Assembly: GCA_012295275.1 (NCBI GenBank)
Contig: CM022676.1
Coordinates: 10,292,001 to 10,356,000, forward strand
From: Chrysomallon squamiferum
Lineage: Eukaryota; Animalia; Mollusca
Direction: 5' to 3'
DNA: 64,000 nt
In this document: positions 53,638 to 64,000 of the stretch, one piece after another
Position numbering within the stretch: the first letter of the stretch is position 1
How the letters are laid out: every line of letters starts with the position of its first letter
The notes under the pieces: model-generated
What the model saw: the letters and a program-made list of their open reading frames with translations, nothing else
Told to the model about the DNA's origin: nothing
The model's database searches: none
Program-made: the position numbers and the translations under genes

Positions 53638-56600
53638 CATAGAAGACAATGATGTCAAGAATGACTGTCAGAAATAGATATGGTGAGAGATTAAAAGAGA
53701 AAGATTGAGAGAGAGAGCAAAACTTTTCGAATCATAATTGATAGAAAATAAGCAATTGAATAAGAATCAGCAATTAAAATTAAAAAAAAAATAAATAAAT
53801 AAATAAATAAATACATTTGAAATTACTCACCTGAAAATTTAAAAAAAAAAATTAAAAAAATTTTAAAATAATAAAATAAAATAAACTATAATCACTCACA
53901 AACGTTGACGTTTATCTCAGCCGTCACATTGTACGTGATGCCGTCAATCGTGTTGCTGGCCACACACTCGTACACGCCTCTGTTGCTGATCTCCAGGTTG
54001 CTCAGCAACCAGTCAGGACCGCTGTGAGTCTCATTGCTGTTCTGTTTCTTCCAGAGGAAAGTGGCGGCAGGCTTTGACGTGATTCTGCACTTCAGAGTCA
54101 CGAACGTCTGGACGAGGAAGTCTGGACCCACGGGCTCGGAATACACTGTCAGGTCCTCTTTGCGAACTGGATCTGAAGTGTTAATTCAACAACAACGTTT
54201 TTAATCTTTTCGTACCACTACACCTACAACTGCTACCACCACATCCACTACAACTATTACTACTGCCAGGGGTACTACCGATGCCACTTCTGTTACTGCT
54301 ACCATGACTGCTACTGTTACTGTGACTATTACTGTTAGTATGACTACTACTGTTACTGTGACTACTACTGTTAGTGTGACTATTACTATTACTGTGACTA
54401 TTACTGTTAGTATGACTACTACTGTTACTGTGACTACTACTGTTAGTGTGACTACTACTGTTACTGTGATTACTACTGTTAATGTGACTACTACTGTTAG
54501 TGTGACTACTACTGTTACTGTGACTACTACTACTATTACTGTGACTACTACTGTTACTGTGATTACTACTGTTAGTGTGACTACTACTGTTATTGTGACT
54601 ACTACTATTACTGCGACTCCTACTAATACTGTGACTACTACTGTTACTGCAACTACTACTGTTACTGTGACTACTACTGTTACTGTGACTACTACTATTA
54701 CTGTGACTACTACTGTAAGTGTGACTACTACTATTACTGCAACTACTATTAGTACTGTGACTACTACTATTACTGTGATGACTATTACCTAAACTACTGC
54801 TACTGCTGTTACCACAATCATAAGTACAACTACTATTACAATTAGCAGTACCATTACTGCCTCTACTACTACTGCAATGACTATTACTAGTACTACTATT
54901 ATATTAGTACTTCAGAAATTAATACTATAGCTACCACCACTGTTACTACCACAGCTACTACAGTTAACACTGATACAACTACAGCCACTACTTTTATAAG
55001 GTTTTCTAAATCAGGCTTTCTTTGGTTTTTGTGGTGTTCAATATATTCTGCCTGTAGTATTCAATATATTGTGTCTGAGGTGTTTAATATATTGTCTGCA
55101 TGTTCAATATATTGTGTCTGTAGCATTTAATATTTTGTGTCTGTGGTGTTTAATATATTCTGTCTGTAGTGTTCAATATATTGTGTCTGTGGTGTTTAAT
55201 ATATTGTGTCTGTAGCATTTAATATTTTGTGTCTGTGGTGTTTAATATATTCTGTCTGTAGTGTTCAATATATTGTGTCTGTGGTGTTTAATATATTGTG
55301 TCTGTAGCATTCAATATTTTGTGTCTGTGGTGTTTAATATATTCTGTCTGTAGTGTTCAATATATTGTGTCTGTAGCATTCAATATTTTGTGTCTGTGGT
55401 GTTTAATATATTGTGTCTGTAGTGTTCAATATATTGTGTCTGTGGTGTTTAATATATTCTGTCTGTAGTGTTCAATATTTTGTGCCTGAGGTGTTTAATA
55501 TATTGTCTGCAGTGTTTAATATATTGTGTCTGTAGTGTTCAATATATTGTGTCTGTAGCATTCAATATTTTGTGTCTGCGGTGTTTAATATATTCTGTCT
55601 GTAGTGTTCAATATATTGTGTCTGTAGCATTCAATATTTTGTGTCTGTGGTGTTTAATATATTCTGTCTGTAGTGTTCAATATATTGTGTCTGTAGCATT
55701 CAATATTTTGTGTCTGTGGTGTTTAATATATTCTGTCTGTAGTGTTCAATATATTGTGTCTGTGGTGTTTAATATATTGTGTCTGTAGTGTTCAATATAT
55801 TGTGTCTGTGGTGTTTAATATATTCTGTCTGTAGTGTTCAATATATTGTGTCTGTGGTGTTTAATATATTGTGTCTGTAGTGTTCAATATATTGTGTCTG
55901 TGGTGTTTAATATATTCTGTCTGTAGTGTTCAATATTTTGTGTCTGAGGTGTTTAATATATTGTCTGCAGTGTTTAATATATTCTGTCTGTAGTGTTCAA
56001 TATATTGTGCCTGAGGTGTTTAATATATTGTCTGCAGTGTTTAATATATTGTGTCTGTAGCATTCAATATTTTGTGTCTGTGGTGTTTAATATATTCTGT
56101 CTGTAGTGTTCAATATATTGTGTCTGTGGTGTTTAATATATTGTGTCTGTAGCATTCAATATTTTGTGTCTGTGGTGTTTAATATATTCTGTCTGTAGTG
56201 TTCAATATATTGTGTCTGTGGTGTTTAATATATTGTGTCTGTAGCATTCAATATTTTGTGTCTGTGGTGTTTAATATATTCTGTCTGTAGTGTTCAATAT
56301 ATTGTGTCTGTGGTGTTTAATATATTGTGTCTGTAGCATTCAATATTTTGTGTCTGTGGTGTTTAATATATTCTGTCTGTAGTGTTCAATATATTGTGTC
56401 TGTGGTGTTTAATATATTGTGTCTGTAGCATTCAATATTTTGTGTCTGTGGTGTTTAATATATTCTGTCTGTAGTGTTCAATATATTGTGTCTGTGGTGT
56501 TTAATATATTGTGTCTGTAGCATTCAATATTTTGTGTCTATGGTGTTTAATATATTCTGTCTGTAGTGTTCAATATATTGTGTCTGTGGTGTTTAATATA

Positions 56601-58070
56601 TTGTGTCTGTAGCATTCAATATTTTGTGTCTGTGGTGTTTAATATATTCTGTCTGTAGTGTTCAATATATTGTGTCTGTGGTGTTTAATATATTGTCTGT
56701 AGTGTTCAATTAATTATCTGTAGCATACATTATATTGTCTGTAGTGTTCAGTGTATTGTCTGTAGCATACACCATATTGTCTGTAGTGTACTTACACTGG
56801 ACGGTCAGAGTCGGTGTCTGTCTGTACAGATCTGAACGCTGCAGTGTCTGGGTTGGATGATATGCCTGACAGCGCACAACGATGCCATCATCTCCCCGTG
56901 ACAGCATCAGTTTCAGCCAACTTGTACGCAGGTAGGTGCAGCTGTTTGGCCCAGCTGCAGAATAAGGAGGTAACAACAGGGCGTCACTGGTCTTGTTAAC
57001 TGGAACGTTGTTGTGGTAGATGAGCCACCAAAAGGTACCAGCTGGGCTGCCGACGTTGCCATCACACGTGAAGGTGACGTTGTCGTTTTCGGTGAAGACG
57101 GTTTTGTCGGGGTTCAGCGTCAGAGATGAAGGTTTGAGTGGTGCAGCTGAAAGTGAAAGAAGGAAATAAATAAACAAACAAACAAACAAACAAACAAACA
57201 AACAAACAAATAAATAAACAAATAAATATATAAATAAATAAATAAACAAATATATACAAAAATAAAAAAAATAAAATAAATACAAAAATAAATAATAAAA
57301 ATAAATAACATATATTTTAATAAATAAATAAAAAAAAAAAAATAAATAAAAAAAAAAAATAAATACAAAAATAATTAACAAAAAATAAATAAAAATAAAT
57401 AAATAAAAATAATAAAAAAGAAATAATAAATAAATAAGGATATGAATGAAAGATTTGTTTTGATATTAAAAGAAATTAGATGATCTGTTTAATGATCTGT
57501 TTGTTTGTTTGAATATACACATATAGACACAGATTACACACACAGACACACATATACACAGCAGGACATACATACACACATACATACATATCCATTTACA
57601 TCAAATACCCAGACACACACAAACATACAGACATCTATAATACACACACAAAGAAAGACTCATTTCTGCACAGTGTAGTACAAGACAACACCTACCTTCC
57701 ACTTTAAATGTCGTTTCCTTGTTCATGTAACTAACAGAACTATTTGCATAGCCCAGCGTACACCTGTACTTTTGTTCATCCGTGCACAAAACTTGATGAA
57801 ACTCAATGGACAAAGCTTGGGCTGTTTCATCCAGTTTAATGATGGTTCTGTCTCCCAGACTGATTTGTCTTCCTATTTCGGTAAAATATGCAATTCCGCC
57901 TTGTTGAGCTGTCACTATCGTCTGATATTTCTGTTCTATCATTTTGTCCCATTTTATGTTATAGAGACGTTGTCCCAAATCTAAACTGTATCTACACTGA
58001 AGAGTTATGGTGTTGTTTCCCAGAATTCCAATTTCTGTTGGTATCTCGATGTTGGCAGCAGAGCACACAT
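49685..58070 (-). CDS. Type I Ig-superfamily receptor (V-type + 2 further Ig domains, Thr stalk, TM, ITIM+ITSM tail), 5'-partial; join(57696-58070,56796-57146,53900-54172,53039-53131,51660-51779,50961-50982,50513-50588,49685-49819)
   Basis: Eight exons, all bounded by AG/GT, with consistent phases (1,1,1,1,1,2,0 between them), giving about 480 aa without a stop; one Ig domain per phase-1 exon with C..W..C cores; TM followed by RKRKKK; tail LAYADL and TDYAHV. Confidence 0.92.
50513..50588 (-). CDS. IgSF receptor cytoplasmic exon
   Basis: TTACTTCAG| acceptor, AAT|GTAAGT donor; [26 protein letters not shown]. Confidence 0.85.
50961..50982 (-). CDS. IgSF receptor 22-nt cytoplasmic micro-exon (EPPEKPF)
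   Basis: Long pyrimidine tract TTCTTGTTTTCTCAG| and AA|GTAAGA donor; converts phase 1 to phase 2, as the next exon requires. Confidence 0.85.
51660..51779 (-). CDS. IgSF receptor exon: transmembrane helix + basic stop-transfer
   Basis: TTTTTAG| acceptor, G|GTATTT donor; [40 protein letters not shown]. Confidence 0.92.
53039..53131 (-). CDS. IgSF receptor exon: Thr-rich mucin-like stalk
   Basis: TTTTTCTGCAG| acceptor, G|GTAAAA donor, phase 1-1; [31 protein letters not shown]. Confidence 0.85.
53900..54172 (-). CDS. IgSF receptor exon: Ig domain 3 (I/C2-like)
   Basis: CTTCAG| acceptor, T|GTGAGT donor; [51 protein letters not shown]. Confidence 0.94.
54230..54990. repeat. ACT-derived ~18-bp repeat (ACTACTACTGTTACTGTG)n in IgSF intron
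   Basis: Directly visible; produces the spurious Thr/Val ORF 54304..54792. Confidence 0.9.
55030..56790. repeat. 23-bp satellite (TGTCTGTRGTGTTYAATATATTG)n, about 75 copies, with higher-order 69- and 92-bp periodicity
   Basis: Marker variant AGCATTCAAT recurs about every 69 bp (near 55558, 55627, 55696) and then every 92 bp (56059, 56151, 56243, 56335, 56427, 56519, 56611). Confidence 0.96.
56796..57146 (-). CDS. IgSF receptor exon: Ig domain 2 (C2/I-like)
   Basis: TTTCAG| acceptor, T|GTAAGT donor; [48 protein letters not shown]. Confidence 0.93.
57696..58070 (-). CDS. IgSF receptor exon: V-type Ig domain 1
   Basis: TTTACAG| acceptor, G|GTAGG donor; [40 protein letters not shown]. Confidence 0.93.
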
Positions 58071-58463
58071 CTGTAAAGATAAACAAATTTAAATTTTGAA
58101 AGTTTTAAGAAATATGTAAATTTAGTCTATTACCAAAGATTCAGGGAATTTATCATGTTGATAATAAGAGTGATTGCAAACTGTGTATTTACTAATACAA
58201 ATGATGATGATGATATTATTAATAACAATACTAGTAACAACAATAACAACAACATTAAAAAAAAATCATAATCAAATAAACAATATTAATAATTCTTTCA
58301 GTTTTGTAAAAACCTTTATATTCGTTTTAACAAGTCAGTCAGTATGAAGTCATTCGTTATATGTGAGTCACTTAGTCACAGTTACTAAGTCACTGAGTCG
58401 TAAGTAAGCGAGTTAGTCACTTAGTATGAAATATAGTGTTTACCAGAGCAAATAAAACATCAG

Positions 58464-58900
58464 TGTTTACGAAAGTATGAAATGTTATTGTAAAATGTTT
58501 TTGGTATGTGAACTGTATGTTTACGACAATATATAAAGTACCAATGTTTACGATAGTATGAAATGTTATTGTATAATGTTTTTGGTTTGTGAAATGTATG
58601 TTTATGACAATATGTAAAGTATCAATGTTTACAAAAGTATGAAATGTTATTGTAAAATGTTTTGGGTGTGTGAAATGTATGTTTACGACAATATATAAAG
58701 TATCAATGTTTACAATAGTATGAAATGTTATTGTATAATGTTCTTGTATGTGAAATGTATGTTTATAACAATATATAAAGTACCAATGTTTACCATAGTA
58801 TGAAATGTTATTGTATAATGTTTTTGGTATGTGAAATGTATGTTTATAACAATATATAAAGTATCAATGTTTACAATAGTATGAAATGTCACTGTACAGT
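58464..58900. repeat. 81-bp tandem repeat, about 5.5 copies
   Basis: TGTTTAC..AGTATGAAATGTTATTGTA unit starts at 58464, 58545, 58626, 58707, 58787, 58868; related degenerate units at about 62240-62660. Confidence 0.92.
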
Positions 58901-60314
58901 GTTTACAGTGTTAAAAGTTATTGCACTGTATACACTGTATATTTATGATAACATATTAGATATTATGATATTTGCTTTTGTACATTACACAATATCATAC
59001 AGAATTAACAGTAGCTTAGTAATAATCTAAAATATATTATTTTAAAAAATGTCAGTAAATTACAAATCCTTTAGTCATTGAGTTCTAATCAATTAGTCAT
59101 AAATTAGTCAGTCAGTGAGTTACACAAATCATTAATCAGTGAGTCATGAATTGTCATTTGATCATTCAGAAATTAGGTCAGTAGTGAATCATTAATCATT
59201 CGATCATTCAAGGAACAGTCACTGTATGAAAAAAAAAATGTGACTTGTATGACACAGTTTTGTTTACTTCTGGTATATTGTTTGTTGTTTTTGCTGGGGA
59301 TTTTCAGTTGTTTTTGTAATTGTATGATTTTTTTTTTTTTTTTTTTTTAGGTGCAGTCATTTATTTACGTTTCTGTTTTTAGTACAATAAATGTGTTTTC
59401 ATCAAATTACAGATTTTTTCTTTTCTTATTGAAAATACTACTACTACTACTACTACTACTGCTACTACTACTACTACTAATAATAATATAATAATAATGA
59501 ATAAATAAATAAATAAATAAACAAGTAAATAAATAAACAAATAAAACAAAATAAGAAATTAAGAAATAAATAGCAATAAATAAAAATTTTAAAATTTTAA
59601 AAAATTAAAAAACTAGAAAATTAAAAAATCTTCTGCAAATATCCTCAACTGTTCAAGATACCAAAACAATTTTTTATTATTATTATTATTTTTTTTTAAT
59701 TTTTATTTTTCATCTTTATTTATTCAGCCTGGTCTAGTTTCCTCAAATTGCACTGTTTACTACATTATAAAAAACAAAAGAAAAATGGCCGACAAAATCT
59801 GCCTCAGAGATGGAGAACAAAACATAAAATGGGGCAAAACTAACTGATTGCTTGGGGTGTGTGTGTTAGAAATCATAAAGTTAAACACACAAGGTTATTT
59901 TAGAGCCTGGCCTTCTTAACTACATCGGCCACTGGCACGTCTCCATCACAAAAAAAAGAACGAAGTCGGAGAAAAAAGCAAATAAACAAAAATCAACATG
60001 GCCGACCAACAGTTATTTGAAATGGCAGGAAGACGTCAAAAAGACAGGTAAACAGTTTTAGTTCAAACAGATCTGTGTCACCGCTTCTCTGCCTCCGACT
60101 ACAGCAACATCGTCAACAGTTACTGACCAGAACAACGTCGTGTTGCCAGGCTATGTCAGCGAGTCTTGTTTTGTTTATTTTTTTAAAATCTTACGTTTTT
60201 TTTTGTTTCTTAAATCAGTTTTATGTGTTTATAGTTTAAATGTGTGTGTTTATCTGTGTTGGGTTTTGTTTTTCTGTGTATGTGTGGATAAGTGCATGTA
60301 AGTAAAGATATGTG

Positions 60315-60345
<31 letters not shown>

Positions 60346-61032
60346 GTGTGTAAGTAAATGTGTGTATATTTTATGTGTGCATGTGTGTATTTTTACATCT
60401 GTATATATATATATACATATACTCATGTATGTATGTAAGCATACATCTATATGTGTATGTGTCACATGATATGTTTATATTACAAAACATATGTAAATGT
60501 ATATACATGGTATATATACATATATATATATTGAAAAGATAGACCTCTAGGTACGAATGCTAATGTAAATTTTTTAATTTTTTCAATATGTATGTACTAA
60601 ACATACGCAGACTGTTTGCTAATTTTAAATGTACAAATTTATCTTCGGTCTGCTGCACACTGCGACAACTACAACAACTGACAGTAATAAACATCAGCGC
60701 ACTCCGTATGACTAATACACAAACACATTAATCACCTCCTTTCAGTATACATGCAGGTAACAACAGCCAGACCCAGTTGTCTGTTCATGTCGGAACTCTT
60801 TTTGCTTGTAAGGTTGTTTTTTTTATTTTTGTAAATTTTTGGGGGGTTTTTTCTACGGTTTTTTGTTGATGTATTTTTTTTTTTTTTTTTTTTTTTGTTG
60901 TTGTTGCTTTGGCAGGTCACAGTAAACTTTTTCATGTTTACATTTATTATTTTTTTATTATTATTATTATTATTTTTTTTTTTTGTTGGCATTTATAATT
61001 TCTAGATATGTAGTTCATGTCTACTAGCTTGG

Positions 61033-61068
<36 letters not shown>

Positions 61069-61819
61069 ATTTTAATTATTATTTTATTTTACTTTATTTT
61101 TTTATTTATTTATTTATTTATTTTTTTATTTATTTATTTATTTATTATTTATTATTATTATTACTGCATTTCTACACTTTATTTTTAAAAGATATATATA
61201 TATAAATATATATATAAAATAATAGAGTAAAAATTGAGAGACAAATATGTATATATATATTTGTATGTTGTTAATTTATTTTTTTTTTTTTTAATATACA
61301 GTGGTGAATGTCATGTACAGAAAGACATACTGACAGACAAAATGACAGACAAATTCATATTTACAACAGACAAAGAAAGCTAACACACAGACAGACACAC
61401 ACACACTAACATCAGATAAATTTATCTGAGACAGAGAGAGAGAAAAAAAAAGGAAAACAGCCAGAGAGAAATAAAGACAGCAAAAAAAAAAAAATAATAA
61501 TAAGAAAACGTATATCATACACAAACACAATTATAACAATATGCACAGACAAATGAAGAAATCAGATACCAAACCCTGCAGTGTAAATAAACGTCTGTAT
61601 AAAACCTAGCTGCATGTGTTGTTACAAACATACATCGCTACCAGTGCGTGAAGAAATTAAAACCTTTGTTTGCTTCAACAAGACAACAGACAGGTAACAA
61701 ACAAACCACACAAACCAATGTTTACTCAGAACATAAACTCGCAGAAACTACACACGAAGAAGAAGACATGTCCCGGTATCGAAGAATGAATAAGAGAAAA
61801 AGTTCTTTGAAATCGACAT

Positions 61820-62225
61820 GTCACGCATGAACGAGCACTTGCAGAAGTAGATTAGAGACGGCTGAAACTGACACCCGGGTATAACTCTTGGTCATGCGTG
61901 AATGAACACGTGTGCAGAAATAGATTTGGGGAGGGGGAATGAAAAAAGGACTGAAATTGACACCCGGGTATCACTCTGTGTCCTGCATGAATGAACACTT
62001 GCATAAACAGGTTAAAATGACTGAAATCGATATCCGATATTAACTCTCTCGGTTGTGCATGAATGATCATTTGCAGAAATAAATTAAATAAACTGAAGGT
62101 TACACCAGGTGTGACACAGGTATACAAGTATAAGATATATTACACTAGCAAACTTGGTCACAGACACACAGGTATACAGTATGAGATATATTACACTAGC
62201 AAACTTGGTCACAGACACACAGGTA
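61820..62225. repeat. Degenerate ~85-90-bp repeats (CTGAAA.TGACACCCGGGTAT.ACTC..GCATGAATGAACAC) followed by a ~54-bp tandem duplication
   Basis: GACACCCGGGTAT at about 61870 and 61960; ACACAGGTA...AGATATATTACACTAGCAAACTTGGTCACAGAC occurs twice in 62114-62220. Confidence 0.8.
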
Positions 62226-62902
62226 CCTGAGTAGTATGTAACTTTGTTTACAATAGCAGAGAATGAAATGTCATTGTACAGTGTTTACGGCAGTATGAAA
62301 TTCCCTTGTTTACGATAGCATGAAATGTTACTGTGAACTATTTACAACAGTACAAGAAATGCTATTGTACATGTTTATGATGATATGAGAAAGGTTAATT
62401 ATGTGTTTGCAAAATAGTGTGAAAAAATGTTTTTGTACAATATTTACTAAAAAAAAGCACAGTAAATGTTATAACAATAAATAAAATATTAATATTACAG
62501 TGTTTACAGTAGTAGATTAAACAATATATCATGCAAGATCAGCAGTGGTAGAAAATAATAATAAATCTAAAATATACTATTATGTACAGTATTAGTGTAT
62601 TTTTAGTTGTGTAATATGAAATGTTATTGCATGGTGTTTACCATACCAGGTTATATACAATTTAAATAGGATATAGTTTTTCTCATGTGTTTTCAAGGGT
62701 AAAACTATTTTCATGCATTTCAAGATACTCAAACAATCTTACTACCACAACAAAGCTATGTAGATATGCACAACACACACGAAGATATGTGTAAATGTAA
62801 ATGCTCACAAAATATACATTCAGCACTTATATTACATGAATATACTCAGAACCCTCTTTTCTTCCTTTTTATATGCCTCTGTCCTTCTCTCTCACTCTCC
62901 AT

Positions 62903-62967
<65 letters not shown>

Positions 62968-63158
62968 AGAAATGCTCACTTCCCATTTTCCCCCATTCTT
63001 CACAAACACTCTCACACACACACACACAGACAGACACTCCTTCAGACATCTCTTTACCTGTTTCACACACACACACACAGACAGATCCCATCACACACTC
63101 ACACATACACTCAGACACACACAGAGACTAAAACACACACACACACAGACAAATACAA

Positions 63159-63189
<31 letters not shown>

Positions 63190-63361
63190 TACAGACAGAC
63201 ACACTGACACTAATGAAAGTTCTGACACAGAAATTAATCCTTCCCCTAGGATTTCTGTTCAGCTACCTGCGACTTCAATAAAGAGTTCACTCGAGTGCAA
63301 CAATGTCTTGTCACTTCAGTTTTGAGATGTGATCACTCAACCGTGCCAGAAAAACAGCAAG

Positions 63362-63410
<49 letters not shown>

Positions 63411-63508
63411 CCAGAGGAAATGTTTGAGATGTCAAAGATTTACATAACTGTTTTACTTGTACAACATAATGTTTCTGTGTTTGTGTGTGTGTGTGTGTGA
63501 GTGTGTGT

Positions 63509-63608
<100 letters not shown>

Positions 63609-63689
63609 ATGTATGTGTGTGTATGTGTATGAGTGTGTGTGAGTGTGTATGTGCATGTATGTGTGTGTATGTGTGAGTGTATGTGTGTT

Positions 63690-63723
<34 letters not shown>

Positions 63724-64000
63724 GACACACACACACACCCTGATAAACTTGTTCACACAAATCTTTGTGAAATTAATTTACAATTTACCATAACAGAAAC
63801 CCAGTTTAACAATTTTTTTTTTTTTTATTTACATTATATATATATATATAAAATCCTGTGAAAAAAACTTTTTGTAAAACACTAGAAATATGAAATAAAC
63901 TTCAATACTAATTAGAGAAGCAACACTTGTGATATTTAGTCCTGCAGTGAACTAGACAAAGAACAAATGTCCAATTCTTATAGTACTATATATATGTTTG

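Noticed and set aside
54304-54792. 162-aa Thr/Val 'mucin/antifreeze-like' ORF on the plus strand
   Set aside because: Translation of an ACT-based intronic repeat, antisense to the IgSF gene; no signal peptide or splice support.
55030-56790. CRISPR-like appearance of regular short repeats (also 47350-47890, 46170-46450, 49315-49528)
   Set aside because: Eukaryotic context and no cas genes; units are either head-to-tail without unique spacers or too short and irregularly spaced.
60732-60790. MNRQLGLAVVTCMYTER as the missing IgSF signal-peptide exon
   Set aside because: Hydrophobic core is short and the available donor (AG|GTGATT) gives phase 2, but the V exon needs phase 1; the true first exon is probably beyond 64000.

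Overview
AT-rich, microsatellite-dense metazoan genomic DNA with spliceosomal GT-AG introns; the protein and repeat character suggests a mollusc or other lophotrochozoan (inference). Nearly all of the supplied ORF track is simple-repeat noise. Three genes were reconstructed by hand from splice sites and reading phase. (1) A complete 5-exon calponin on the minus strand (22351->4361; 436 aa; one CH domain plus 7 calponin/CLIK repeats). (2) A complete 3-exon GPI-anchored Ly6/uPAR three-finger gene on the plus strand (37046->38525; 147 aa; 12 Cys in the mature domain) that the ORF track misses, with a disabled copy of its exon 2 at 42089-42221. (3) A type I Ig-superfamily receptor on the minus strand (58070->49685; 8 visible exons): three Ig domains, a Thr-rich stalk, a TM helix and a tail with tandem ITIM (LAYADL) and ITSM (TDYAHV); its signal-peptide exon was not found and probably lies beyond the window. 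Also present: a decayed LINE reverse-transcriptase fragment, several minisatellites (one with higher-order structure), two divergent CTCF-type motifs around the calponin start, a duplicated calponin splice acceptor, a candidate zero-length exon (AG|GT), and an apparent CpG-rich to CpG-poor transition near 42.3 kb. All coordinates and counts were read by eye; no database search was run.
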